Shown here: positions 19,083 to 28,499 of the stretch, one piece after another
Numbering within the stretch: position 1 is the first letter of the stretch
Layout of the letters: each line of letters begins with the position of its first letter
Source: Planctomycetota bacterium
Lineage (GTDB): Bacteria > Planctomycetota > UBA1135 > UBA2386
Direction: 5' to 3'
NCBI GenBank assembly: GCA_965228735.1
Contig: OZ245838.1
Span: 6,208,001 to 6,272,000, forward strand
Length of the DNA: 64,000 nt
Position numbers and translations under genes: made by a program
The notes under the pieces: generated by a model
The model's input: only the letters and a program-made list of their open reading frames with translations
The model's database searches: none
Told to the model about the DNA's origin: nothing

Positions 19083-20417
19083 ATGTCCCGTCCGCTGGCC
19101 GTGATCTGTCTGGCCGCCGGCCTCGGCACGCGCACCAAGGTCAGTCGGCCCAAGGTGTTGCTGCCGTTGTGCGGCCGATCGCTCGCGGCCACCGCGCTGT
19201 CCGCGGTGGCGCCGCTGCAGCCGCGGCGCGTCGTCGCGGTCGTGCACCATCAGAAGGACGCGGTCGAGGCCGAGCTGCGGCGTTCGCTCGCGGGGATGTT
19301 CGGGGACGGCGACCTGATCTTCGTCGACCAGGGTACGCCGCGCGGCACCGGTCACGCGGTCGCGGTCGGGATGGAGGCGCTCGCGGACTTCGACGGCGAC
19401 GTGCTCGTGACCTACGGCGACTGTCCGTTGATCACCGCCGAGACGCTCGCCGAGCTGCGGCGGATCCGCGCCGAACAGGACGCGCCGTGCTCGCTCCTCA
19501 CCGGGTTCGTCGACGAGCCGAAGGGCTACGGTCGCATCCTCCGCGAGGCGAACGGTGAGTTCGCCGGCATCCGCGAGCACCGCGACTGCAGCGCCGAAGA
19601 GCTGCTGATCGACGAGATCAACGCCGGCATCTACTGCTTCGATGCCGCGGCTCTGCGCAGCGCGCTCGCGACGCTCACGCCCGACAACGAGCAGGGCGAG
19701 CTCTACCTCACCGACGCGCCCGTGTGGCTGCGCACGGCGGGCGCGCCGGGGAACGGCAAGGTGCCGACGCTCGAGGTCGAGGACATCGGCGAGATCCAGG
19801 GGGTCAACACGCTCGCCGATCTCGCGATCGCGCGCATCCAGATGCAGGAACGCATCCTCGAGCACCACTTGAGCAACGGTGTCTTGATCACCGACCCGGG
19901 GTCGACGTGGATCGATCACGACGTCGAGATCGGCGCCGACACGACGATCCTGCCGTGCACCGTGATCAGCGCCGGGTGCCGCATCGGCCGCGGCAGCGAG
20001 ATCGGCCCGTTCTCCCACCTGCGCGGCGGCACGGTCGTCGGCGACGGCTGCAAGGTCGGCAACTTCGTCGAGGCCAAGAAGGCGACGCTCGGTGATGGCG
20101 CCAAGGCGGGTCACCTGACCTACCTCGGGGATGCGACGATCGGGCCGCGCACCAACATCGGCGCGGGCACGATCACGGCCAACTACGACGGCGTGAACAA
20201 GCATCCGACGACGATCGGCGCCGACTGCTTCGTCGGCAGCGGCAGTGTCCTCGTGGCGCCGAGCACGATGCAGGACGGCGCGATGACGGGCGCCGGGGCG
20301 ATCGTCAAGCCGGGCAGCGAGCTCGGTGCGAACGAGGTGTGGGTCGGGGTGCCGGCGCGGAAGCTCAAGCAGCGCGAGCGGCCGGCCGGCAAGAACCAGC
20401 GAGCGGGAGGCGGCTGA
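19083..20417 (+). CDS. glmU: Bifunctional UDP-GlcNAc pyrophosphorylase / GlcN-1-P acetyltransferase
   Basis: LAAGLGTR..PKVL, GTGHA, YGD.P, GYGRI, EINAGIY, E.YLTD, hexapeptide repeats, NYDG. Confidence 0.96.
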   Translation: MSRPLAVICLAAGLGTRTKVSRPKVLLPLCGRSLAATALSAVAPLQPRRVVAVVHHQKDAVEAELRRSLAGMFGDGDLIFVDQGTPRGTGHAVAVGMEALADFDGDVLVTYGDCPLITAETLAELRRIRAEQDAPCSLLTGFVDEPKGYGRILREANGEFAGIREHRDCSAEELLIDEINAGIYCFDAAALRSALATLTPDNEQGELYLTDAPVWLRTAGAPGNGKVPTLEVEDIGEIQGVNTLADLAIARIQMQERILEHHLSNGVLITDPGSTWIDHDVEIGADTTILPCTVISAGCRIGRGSEIGPFSHLRGGTVVGDGCKVGNFVEAKKATLGDGAKAGHLTYLGDATIGPRTNIGAGTITANYDGVNKHPTTIGADCFVGSGSVLVAPSTMQDGAMTGAGAIVKPGSELGANEVWVGVPARKLKQRERPAGKNQRAGGG

Positions 20418-20418
20418 C

Positions 20419-21366
20419 ATGCGGGGCGAACGACTCAGGGTATTCGCGGGCACGGCCCACCAGGAGCTGGCGCAGGGCATCTGCTCCCACATGGGGGTAC
20501 CGCTCGGCGCCCGCACGCTGGAGCGCTTCCCGGACGGGGAGATCAACCTCAAGGTCGACTGCGACGTGCGTGGCGCCGACGTGTTCGTCGTGCAGCCGAC
20601 CTGTCCGCCGGTGCACGAGCACCTGTTCGAGCTCGTGTCGTTCGCCGACTGCCTGCGGCGGGCCTCGGCCGATCGGATCACGGCGGTGATCCCGTACTTC
20701 GGCTACGCGCGGAAGGATCGCAAGGACGAGGGGCGCGTGCCGATCAACGCCAAGCTCGTCGCCAACCTGCTCGTGACGGCCGGTTATCACCGCGTCGTCG
20801 CGATCGACCTGCACGCGGCCCAGATCCAGGGGTTCTTCGACATCCCCGTCGACCACCTCTACGCCCGGCCCGTCCTCATCGAGCGCGTGCGGCAGCTCAA
20901 GACGCACAACCTGATGATCGTGTCGCCGGACATCGGCGGCACCAAGCTCGCGCGCGCCTACGCGAAGGAGCTCGGCTGCGACCTCGCGATCATCGACAAG
21001 CGGCGCATCAGCGGCGAGAAGACGGTCATCGAGCACATCATCGGTGACGTCAAGGATCGCGACGTGATCCTCGTCGACGACATGGTCAGCACCGGCGGTT
21101 CGATCGTCGACGCGTCCCGCATCGTCAAGGAGAAGGGCGCGCGGTCGGTCTATATCGTCGCGACGCACGCGGTGCTCGCGGGCAACGCGATCGAGAAGCT
21201 CAATTCGGCGCAGGTGGAGAAGATCTTCTTCACCGATTCGGTGCCGATCCCCACGGACAAGCTCGACAAGGTCGAGGTCTGTTCGATCGCGCAGCTGCTC
21301 GCGCGCGCGATCGATCGCATCCACCGCAGCGAGAGCATCAGCATTCTGTTCGAGAGCGAGCGCTGA
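20419..21366 (+). CDS. prs: Ribose-phosphate pyrophosphokinase
   Basis: FPDGE, PYFGYAR.D, DLHA.QIQGFF, SPDIGG, VDDMVSTGGS. Confidence 0.97.
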   Translation: MRGERLRVFAGTAHQELAQGICSHMGVPLGARTLERFPDGEINLKVDCDVRGADVFVVQPTCPPVHEHLFELVSFADCLRRASADRITAVIPYFGYARKDRKDEGRVPINAKLVANLLVTAGYHRVVAIDLHAAQIQGFFDIPVDHLYARPVLIERVRQLKTHNLMIVSPDIGGTKLARAYAKELGCDLAIIDKRRISGEKTVIEHIIGDVKDRDVILVDDMVSTGGSIVDASRIVKEKGARSVYIVATHAVLAGNAIEKLNSAQVEKIFFTDSVPIPTDKLDKVEVCSIAQLLARAIDRIHRSESISILFESER

Positions 21367-21410
21367 CGCGGCGCGATCGACAGGGAATACAACGAACCAG
21401 AGGTAGTGTC

Positions 21411-22055
21411 ATGAAAGTCATCCCGATGAAGGCCGAACGCCGCACGGCGAGGGGTCGCAACCAGCTCGCTCACATTCGCAAGGAGGGCTGGATGCCCGCG
21501 GTGCTCTATGGCGCCGGCAAGGACAACGTGTCGATTGCGATCTCGGAGTGGGAGCTCGACCAGCACGTCAAGGCACGCCAGAAGGTGTTCGAGATCGACA
21601 TCGACGGCAGCACCGAGTCCGCGTTCCTCAAGGAAGTGGCCTGGCACACGCTGAACGACCGGCCGCTGCACGCCGACTTCGTCCGCATCGATCTCGACCA
21701 GCCGATCGAGACCGAGGTCGAGGTGTCTTTGCTCGGCCACGCGGCCGGCCTCAGCAAGGGCGGCACGCTGGTCAAGGACAGCGTGATCCTCAAGCTGCGC
21801 AGCCTGCCGTCCAAGGCCCCGAGCGAGCTCGAGGCCGACGTCACCAAGCTCAACATCGACGACTTCCTGCGCGCCAACGAAGTCGCCCTGCCCGAGGGCG
21901 TCGAGCTGGTCTCGCCCGCCGATCAGGCCATCTGTCACGTCATCGGCCCGCGCGGCCGCAAGAAGGACGACGAGGCCGGTGAGGGTGAGGCGGCGGACGG
22001 CGAGGCCCCGGCCGAGGGCGGTGACGCCGGCGGCGAGGGCGGCGGCGACGCCTGA
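21411..22055 (+). CDS. rplY: 50S ribosomal protein L25/Ctc
   Basis: PAVLYG, HADF, Ctc C-terminal domain; prs-rplY-pth synteny. Confidence 0.95.
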   Translation: MKVIPMKAERRTARGRNQLAHIRKEGWMPAVLYGAGKDNVSIAISEWELDQHVKARQKVFEIDIDGSTESAFLKEVAWHTLNDRPLHADFVRIDLDQPIETEVEVSLLGHAAGLSKGGTLVKDSVILKLRSLPSKAPSELEADVTKLNIDDFLRANEVALPEGVELVSPADQAICHVIGPRGRKKDDEAGEGEAADGEAPAEGGDAGGEGGGDA

Positions 22056-22191
22056 TCCCCGGTGAACGGCAGGGCCGGGGCCCGCGCGGCACCCCGCTCG
22101 GACCCGCCGCAGGGAGGGGCCGATCGGGCCCCTGCCGACGCTTGTCTTTCGGTCCCTGCCCCGTAAGCTCTTCGCCCCCTCGATCTGCCCC

Positions 22192-22989
22192 ATGGGCTGG
22201 CAATCCATCGCACTCGGCATCGGCAACCCCGGCGCCGAGTACGACGACACCCGACACAACGTCGGGTTCATGGTGCTGGACCTCGTGGCAGAGCGTCTGG
22301 GGCTCGCCTTCTCGCGCCTCGAGCGCCGTGGACCCGACGGGTCGAAGCGGTTCTCGGGCAAGGTGAAGGCGAAGGTCTGCGAGGGTGAGCAGGACGAACG
22401 CCCGTTCGTGCTGGTCAAACCGCAGTCCTACGTGAACCTGTCCGGTGAGATCGCCGCGCCGCTGTTGCGGCACGCGGAGCTGTCGCCGGATTCGCTCTTT
22501 GTCATCGTCGACGACCTGAACCTACCGCTGGGCCGGATCCGTATCCGGCCGTCGGGGAGCGCAGGAGGCCACAACGGCCTCAAGTCCATCCAGCAGATGC
22601 TGGGCACGGACGCGTTTCCTCGTCTCCGTCTCGGTATCGGGCTCGCTCCCCATCTGGCTGATGATCCACATCTGGCTAGTGGGCTGGCTGATGAACTGGC
22701 GTCGCGCGACGCTGGACAGCCGCCAGCCGGAGCGTCCGAAGGACTGCACGCCGCTGAGTGGCGCGACTTCGTCCTGGCTCCATTCCTCCCGGAGGAACGT
22801 GAGGTTCTCGGTCCTGTTCTTGGTCGGGCTGCAGACTGCGTGATCGCGTGGCTCGGTGGCGCCGACCTCCAAACCCTCATGGGGCAATACAACGGCACCG
22901 TCACCTCCGGCGAGGCTCGCGCGAGCGAGCCGCCAGGCAGTGGGGATGCTGATGTGGAGCCCGACGCGGGCACGAGCCCGGGAGACTGA
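22192..22989 (+). CDS. pth: Peptidyl-tRNA hydrolase with internal insertion
   Basis: GIGNPG, TRHNVGF, KPQSYVNLSG, GGHNGLKS, RLRLGIG, FVL..F. Confidence 0.95.
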   Translation: MGWQSIALGIGNPGAEYDDTRHNVGFMVLDLVAERLGLAFSRLERRGPDGSKRFSGKVKAKVCEGEQDERPFVLVKPQSYVNLSGEIAAPLLRHAELSPDSLFVIVDDLNLPLGRIRIRPSGSAGGHNGLKSIQQMLGTDAFPRLRLGIGLAPHLADDPHLASGLADELASRDAGQPPAGASEGLHAAEWRDFVLAPFLPEEREVLGPVLGRAADCVIAWLGGADLQTLMGQYNGTVTSGEARASEPPGSGDADVEPDAGTSPGD

Positions 22990-22991
22990 AG

Positions 22992-23606
22992 TTGCAACGC
23001 GAAAGAACCTACGAATGCATGTGCGTCCTCGACAATCGCGAGGTGCGCCAGGGGTGGGAGCCGGTCAAGGAATCGGTTGCCGCCGTCATGACCAAGCACG
23101 GCGCCGAAGTGCTGAGCAGTCGGCGCTGGGACGAGCGCCGGCTCGGCTACCCGATGCGGGGCCAGCAGCGCGGCACGTTCCTGCTGACCTATTTCAAGAC
23201 GGACACGCAGAGCCTCGTCGCGATCCGTCGTGACCTGCAGTTCAACGACGCGGTCATGCGCTTCCTCACGATGCAGTGCGAGGAAGTGCCGGAGACGGCG
23301 TACGAGCCGGAAGCCGAGTTCGACGTGAACGCGATCCCGGTCGACGATGCGCCCGACGTGGAAGAACCGGTGGTCGAGGAGTCGGCAGCCGAGGGCTCGG
23401 CAGCCGAGGAGTCGGCAGCCGAGGGCTCGGCGGGCGGTGACGCCAAGGCCGAAGGTGACGGTGACGGCGAGGGCGACGGCGAGGCCAAGGCCGAGGGCGA
23501 CGCCGACGGCGCTGCGTCCGAGAGTGGCGACGCTCCCGCGGCCGATGCCGATGCGGGCGCCGCCAAGGACGGCGACAGCAAGGACGAGGACAACAAGGAC
23601 GCCTAG
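22992..23606 (+). CDS. rpsF: 30S ribosomal protein S6 with long acidic tail
   Basis: YECMCVLD, W..RRLGYP, DAVMRFL; TTG start; rpsF-rpsR-rplI order. Confidence 0.93.
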   Translation: MQRERTYECMCVLDNREVRQGWEPVKESVAAVMTKHGAEVLSSRRWDERRLGYPMRGQQRGTFLLTYFKTDTQSLVAIRRDLQFNDAVMRFLTMQCEEVPETAYEPEAEFDVNAIPVDDAPDVEEPVVEESAAEGSAAEESAAEGSAGGDAKAEGDGDGEGDGEAKAEGDADGAASESGDAPAADADAGAAKDGDSKDEDNKDA

Positions 23607-23609
23607 AAG

Positions 23610-23927
23610 ATGACCACCACCAACACCCCCGATCCCAGCGCCAGCAGCGATTCGGCCGGCAGCAGCGGCAGCGATAGCGGCCCGGCGCGCGGCATGGGCC
23701 CACGGCGTTCGAAGTTCGGCCGGTTCGGCGCCAAGCGCAAGCAGGTCGAGCCCGAGGAGCCGCTGGACTACAAGAACGTCGGCTACCTGAGCAAGTTCGT
23801 CTCGCCCAACGGCCGCATCCTGTCGCGCAAGCGCACGGGCTTCTCCGGCCAGAACCAGCGCAAGCTCGCCGCGGCGATCAAGAACGCGCGCATCGTCGGC
23901 CTCATGCCGTTCGTCGGGAGGGCCTGA
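23610..23927 (+). CDS. rpsR: 30S ribosomal protein S18 (no Zn-binding cysteines)
   Basis: DYKN, GRILSRKRTG, QRKLAAAIKNARIVGLMPF. Confidence 0.96.
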   Translation: MTTTNTPDPSASSDSAGSSGSDSGPARGMGPRRSKFGRFGAKRKQVEPEEPLDYKNVGYLSKFVSPNGRILSRKRTGFSGQNQRKLAAAIKNARIVGLMPFVGRA

Positions 23928-23931
23928 TCCG

Positions 23932-24387
23932 ATGGAGCTTCTTCTCAAGCACAACATCGAGCACCTGGGCCGCATCGGCGACGTCGTCGACGTCAAGCCC
24001 GGCTACGCCCGGAACTACCTCCTGCCCCAGGGCTTCGCGGTCCCCGTGACGCAGAGCAACGTCGCCGAGATCCAGGCCGCGCGCGCCGCGGCGCTCGTCG
24101 AAGAGCAGGGGCGCATCCAGGCCTACAAGGACCTCGCGGGCCAGCTCAACGACATGTCGATCACCGTCGAGGGCAAGGCCAACGACGAAGGTCACCTGTT
24201 CGGTTCGGTCACGGCCGCGAACATCGCCGCCTCGCTCCGCGAGAAGGAGATGCCGGTCGAGGAGCGTCACATCCGCCTCGAGCAGCCGCTCAAGGAGATC
24301 GGCGTGTTCGACGTCGTGGTGCACCTGCACACGGACGTCGAGGCGACGATCAAGGTCTGGGTCGTCCAGCAGAAGCCCGAGGCCTGA
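23932..24387 (+). CDS. rplI: 50S ribosomal protein L9
   Basis: LG..GDVVDVKPGYARNYLLPQG, LFGSVT. Confidence 0.97.
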   Translation: MELLLKHNIEHLGRIGDVVDVKPGYARNYLLPQGFAVPVTQSNVAEIQAARAAALVEEQGRIQAYKDLAGQLNDMSITVEGKANDEGHLFGSVTAANIAASLREKEMPVEERHIRLEQPLKEIGVFDVVVHLHTDVEATIKVWVVQQKPEA

Positions 24388-24460
24388 GCGCCCGGGCGCG
24401 AGCCGGCGGCGCGGGGTGGCCCGCGGCGTCCGGCTGCGTGTGACACCACGCGAGCCCCTC

Positions 24461-25807
24461 GTGAACGAAGCGATCCGCGTCTCCCTCGTCAGCCTCGGCT
24501 GCGCGCGCAACCTCGTCGATTCCGAGGTGCTGCTGGGGCATGCGGTCGAAGAGGGGCTGCAGGTGGTCACGGACGCCGAGGACGCCGACGTCGTCGTCGT
24601 CAACACCTGCGGCTTCATCGACAGCGCCAAGCAGGAGTCGATCGACACGATCCTGTCGGTCGCGCGCCTCAAGCAGGAAGGCTCCCTCAAGGGCGTCATC
24701 GCGGTCGGTTGCCTGGCGCAGCGCTACGGCGACGACCTCGCCGCGCAGGTGCCCGAGCTCGACGCCGTCTTCGGCCTCAGCGACTACTCGGCGGTGCCGG
24801 GCGTCGTGCGCAAGATCGTGAACGGCAGCGACCGGCGCTGGGTCGCGACCGTCGATGGCGGCAAGCCGAAGGGGCCGCGCAGCGACCAGAAGCGCGTGCT
24901 GCTGACGCCGCACAGCTTCGCCTACCTTCGCATCAGCGAAGGCTGCGATCACACCTGCACGTTCTGCGCGATCCCGTCGATGCGTGGGCGCAACCGCAGC
25001 AAGCCGATCGACGTGCTCGTCGAGGAGGCCGAGACACTCGCCGCGGCCGGGGTCAAGGAACTGGTCGTCGTCGCCGAGGACAGCACCGCCTACGGCCTCG
25101 ACATCGACCGGAAGCGTCGGATCCACGAGCTGCTCGAGCGGCTCGCCGAGGTCGACGGCATCCGTTGGATCCGGCTGATGTACGCGTACCCGCACACGGT
25201 CAGGCCCGAGCTCACGACGTTCTTGCGCGAGCACGAAAAGGCCGTGAAGTACCTCGACATCCCGATCCAGCACATCAGCGGATCGATGCTCAAGGCGATG
25301 AAGCGCGGGGTATCGAGCGAGCAGGTGCGCGGCATCCTCGATCGGCTGCGCGACGAGGTGCCCGGGATCGCGGTGCGCAGCACGCTCATCACGGGCTTTC
25401 CCGGCGAGACCGAGGCCGACTTCGCGGCGCTGCGTGACCTCGTCACCGACTACCGCTTCGAGCGACTCGGCGTGTTCACCTACTCGCGCGAGGAGACGAC
25501 GCCGGCGCACGACCTGCCGGACCAGGTGCCCGAGGAGGTCGCGGAAGCCCGCGCCGCCGAGCTCATGGAATTGCAGCGCGGCGTGATGAACGAGTTCCAG
25601 AACGGCCTCGTCGGGCGCACGCTGCCCGTCCTGCTCGACGGTCACGACGAGAGCGGCGAGTTCGTCGTCGGACGCACCTGGGCCGACGCCCCCGAGGTCG
25701 ACTGTCGCGTGCTGCTCGCGAGCGGCGCGGGCGCGCCCGGTGAGTTCGTCGACGCCGAGATCGTCAGAGCCGGCGATTACGAGCTGGTCGGCGAGGTGCG
25801 CCCGTGA
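24461..25807 (+). CDS. rimO: Ribosomal protein S12 methylthiotransferase
   Basis: SLGCARNLVDSE, NTCGFI, CDHTCTFC radical SAM motif, RLMYAYP, DAPEVD; GTG start chosen. Confidence 0.95.
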   Translation: MNEAIRVSLVSLGCARNLVDSEVLLGHAVEEGLQVVTDAEDADVVVVNTCGFIDSAKQESIDTILSVARLKQEGSLKGVIAVGCLAQRYGDDLAAQVPELDAVFGLSDYSAVPGVVRKIVNGSDRRWVATVDGGKPKGPRSDQKRVLLTPHSFAYLRISEGCDHTCTFCAIPSMRGRNRSKPIDVLVEEAETLAAAGVKELVVVAEDSTAYGLDIDRKRRIHELLERLAEVDGIRWIRLMYAYPHTVRPELTTFLREHEKAVKYLDIPIQHISGSMLKAMKRGVSSEQVRGILDRLRDEVPGIAVRSTLITGFPGETEADFAALRDLVTDYRFERLGVFTYSREETTPAHDLPDQVPEEVAEARAAELMELQRGVMNEFQNGLVGRTLPVLLDGHDESGEFVVGRTWADAPEVDCRVLLASGAGAPGEFVDAEIVRAGDYELVGEVRP

Positions 25808-26370
25808 ACATCCCTAATCTGATCACGACGGCGCGGCTCGCGATCACGGCGCTCGTGTTCCTCTGCCTCGAGCTCGCGGGGCAGCCGGTCCACGCGACGC
25901 TCGCGTGGACGGCGTTCGCGCTGTTCCTCGTGGCCGCGGTGACCGACTTCCTCGACGGCTATCTCGCGCGGCGCTGGAACATGGTCACCGCGTTCGGCCG
26001 CATCGCCGATCCGTTCGCCGACAAGGTGCTCATCACCGGCACGCTGATCACGCTGCTGCAGTTCCCCGCCGCGACGGGCATCCTGACGACCTGGTACGTG
26101 GTCGTCGTCGTCGCGCGCGAGTTCCTCGTGACCGCGATCCGCGGCGTCGTCGAAGCCAGCGGCACCCCGTTCCCGGCGGATCGCCTCGGGAAGTACAAGA
26201 TGCTCGCGCAGTGCTGGACCTGTGCCGCGCTGCTCACGATGGTCGCCGGCTCTTCGGTCTGGGTCTGGGCCGCCGAGTGGGGCTTCTGGATCAGCCTGGC
26301 GCTGACGGTCGTGTCCGGTCTCAACTACGTCTGGAAGGCGCGCAAGATCGTGCTCGCCGGCGCGATCTGA
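25804..26370 (+). CDS. pgsA: CDP-diacylglycerol--glycerol-3-phosphate 3-phosphatidyltransferase
   Basis: NIPNLIT.AR, TDFLDGYLAR...FG...DP.ADK. Confidence 0.95.
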   Translation: MNIPNLITTARLAITALVFLCLELAGQPVHATLAWTAFALFLVAAVTDFLDGYLARRWNMVTAFGRIADPFADKVLITGTLITLLQFPAATGILTTWYVVVVVAREFLVTAIRGVVEASGTPFPADRLGKYKMLAQCWTCAALLTMVAGSSVWVWAAEWGFWISLALTVVSGLNYVWKARKIVLAGAI

Positions 26371-26382
26371 CGGCCCCGACTC

Positions 26383-26907
26383 ATGTCCATCCTCGATCGG
26401 TTGCGCTGGTGCCTGATCACGAGCTTCGGGCTCGGGCTCTCGCCGTTCGCGTCCGGGACCGTCGGCACGCTCGGCGGCGTCGCGCTCGCGGTCGGTCTGC
26501 AGTGGGGGCTCACGCCGGCGACCCTGCCCGAGGCGTCGCCCGACCAGTGGCCGGCCATCGTCGCGTGGTCGATCGCGGCGGTCGTGCTCTTCGTCTACGG
26601 CTCGCTCGAGACGAAGTTCGTCGAGCGCACGTGGCCGAAGAAGGACCCGGGTCAATTCGTGCTCGACGAGGTCGTCGGTTACCTCGTCACGGTGATCGTC
26701 TATGCGCTGCTCGCCGGCAAACTGCCGTTCGCCGTCGGGCACTGCGCGGCGTTCTTCGCGTTCCGCGCGTTCGACGTGCTGAAGATCCAGCCCTGCAAGA
26801 AACTCGAGGATCTGCCCGGGGCCTTCGGCATCATGGCGGACGATCAGGTGGCCGGCGTCTACGCGGGGCTGTCCATGTGGCTCGTGCTGCCCCTGTTGGG
26901 GTATTGA
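26383..26907 (+). CDS. pgpA: Phosphatidylglycerophosphatase A
   Basis: P.ASGTVGT, KDP...VLDEVVG, FRAFD, GIMADD. Confidence 0.93.
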   Translation: MSILDRLRWCLITSFGLGLSPFASGTVGTLGGVALAVGLQWGLTPATLPEASPDQWPAIVAWSIAAVVLFVYGSLETKFVERTWPKKDPGQFVLDEVVGYLVTVIVYALLAGKLPFAVGHCAAFFAFRAFDVLKIQPCKKLEDLPGAFGIMADDQVAGVYAGLSMWLVLPLLGY

Positions 26908-26938
26908 GCGCCGGACCCGGCGCGGCTGGAATCTGACC

Positions 26939-28072
26939 ATGGCGAGACGCGGCAAGAAGACGACGGGCAAGCTCCACACCGGCCTCGCGCTGGCGGTCGG
27001 CGCGATCGGGCTGCTGGGCGGCCTGCTCGTCGCCGTGGCGCTGATCCAGAACCTCGGCGGGTCGATACCCGAGGAGGAGAGCGACGCGATCGGCCGCGCC
27101 TGGGGCATCGGGTTGCTCATGGCGTTCGTCTGCGGCGGCGTCTGCGCGACCTCTGCCTGGGTGCTCGGCAGCAAGATCGGCTCCCGCATCACCGACATCG
27201 GGCTCGCCGTGAGCAAGCTCGGTCGCGGCGGCTCCGAAGTGCGCGTGCGCAACAGCGGCAACGACGAGGTGTTCGCCCTCGGCCGTTCGGTGCAGTACCT
27301 CGCGAACGATCTCGCCGAGCTGCTCGCGAGCCAGGACGAACAGGGCGGCGGCCTCGTGACGATGGACCCGCTCGTGAAGCAGCTGCGCGATCTCACGCTG
27401 CCGAACGGCTTCGCCCAGATCGACGGCTTCGAGGCGGACGGCGCGATCGGCAACGGCTCGCGCGGCGGGCTCGACTACTTCGACTTCGTCGACCAGAGCA
27501 GTGACGGCGAGTCGGCCGCCGTGATGTACCTCGTGAGCGGTGAAGGCCACGGTGCGCTCGCGGTGTTCGCCTGCCGGCGCGCGCGCGACGAACTGCAGCG
27601 CGCGCTCGAGCAGGGTGCGACCCCGCGCCGCGCGCTGGCCCATACCAACAAGGTGCTGAAGCAGACGTTGCCCTCCGGATGCTGCGCGAAGGCGACCCTG
27701 CTGCAGCTCAAGGACGGCAACGCCAAGCTCTACCAGGCCGGCGCGCAGACGCCGCTGCTCATCTGTCAGCGCGGCGACGTGCTCGAGCTCAACGCCGAGG
27801 GCATCGCGCTCGGACTCGACGACGGGCCGGTGTTCGAGAAGTCGCTGCGTCCGCAGGAGATCGCGATGAGCCCCGGGACACGGCTCGTGCTCGGCAACGA
27901 CGCGATGCACCGCAGCGAGGGCGTACTCGATCTGCTGCGGCAGCACGGTCCGCGCCACACCAACATGTTCATGAACATGGTGCTCGGCAGCATCGAGCAG
28001 GACGCCGGTGACGACGGCCTGCGTGAGGACGTCGTGATCCTGACCGCGAAGAAGACGGGCCAGGACGGATGA
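26939..28072 (+). CDS. 2TM-HAMP-SpoIIE/PP2C-like protein with degenerate metal sites
   Basis: Two TMs, HAMP-like NDEV..LG, GGLDYFD, GHG, AG, GIALG, EDV. Confidence 0.75.
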   Translation: MARRGKKTTGKLHTGLALAVGAIGLLGGLLVAVALIQNLGGSIPEEESDAIGRAWGIGLLMAFVCGGVCATSAWVLGSKIGSRITDIGLAVSKLGRGGSEVRVRNSGNDEVFALGRSVQYLANDLAELLASQDEQGGGLVTMDPLVKQLRDLTLPNGFAQIDGFEADGAIGNGSRGGLDYFDFVDQSSDGESAAVMYLVSGEGHGALAVFACRRARDELQRALEQGATPRRALAHTNKVLKQTLPSGCCAKATLLQLKDGNAKLYQAGAQTPLLICQRGDVLELNAEGIALGLDDGPVFEKSLRPQEIAMSPGTRLVLGNDAMHRSEGVLDLLRQHGPRHTNMFMNMVLGSIEQDAGDDGLREDVVILTAKKTGQDG

Positions 28073-28383
28073 GCGCGGAAAAGCCGGAGCGCCCGGCGGC
28101 CGAAGGCTCGTTCCAGCGCCTCATCGAGGACATCTACTTCGAGCGTGACAGCGAGCGGGGGGTGCAGGGCACGCTGCTCTGGTTCGTGGAGGAGGTCGGC
28201 GAGCTCGTGCGCGCGATCCGCCGCGGCGAGCGCGATAACCTCGAGGAGGAGTTCGGGGACGTCTACGCCTGGCTCGCCACGCTCGCATCGATCCACGGCC
28301 TCGATCTCGAGGCGGTCGGGCGAGCCAAGTATCAGAACGGCTGCCCGCGGTGTGAGTCGACGCCGTGCAGCTGCCCGCACTGA
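28069..28383 (+). CDS. MazG-like nucleotide pyrophosphohydrolase with Cys-rich tail
   Basis: EEVGEL, EEEFGDV, CPRC...CSC. Confidence 0.9.
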   Translation: MSAEKPERPAAEGSFQRLIEDIYFERDSERGVQGTLLWFVEEVGELVRAIRRGERDNLEEEFGDVYAWLATLASIHGLDLEAVGRAKYQNGCPRCESTPCSCPH

Positions 28384-28499
28384 CGGCCGCCGTGCCAGCG
28401 GGACTTGCGGGCTGCGGGGCCGCGCCGGAAAGTCTTCGAATCTTCGCTACCCGCTTCCGTATCCGCGTGGAGTCGAACCCGCTCTAGAATCGCCGCGCT

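Noticed and set aside
22056..22140. Terminator or ncRNA between rplY and pth
   Set aside because: GC-rich pairing is possible, but there is no clear U-tract or recognisable RNA family motif.
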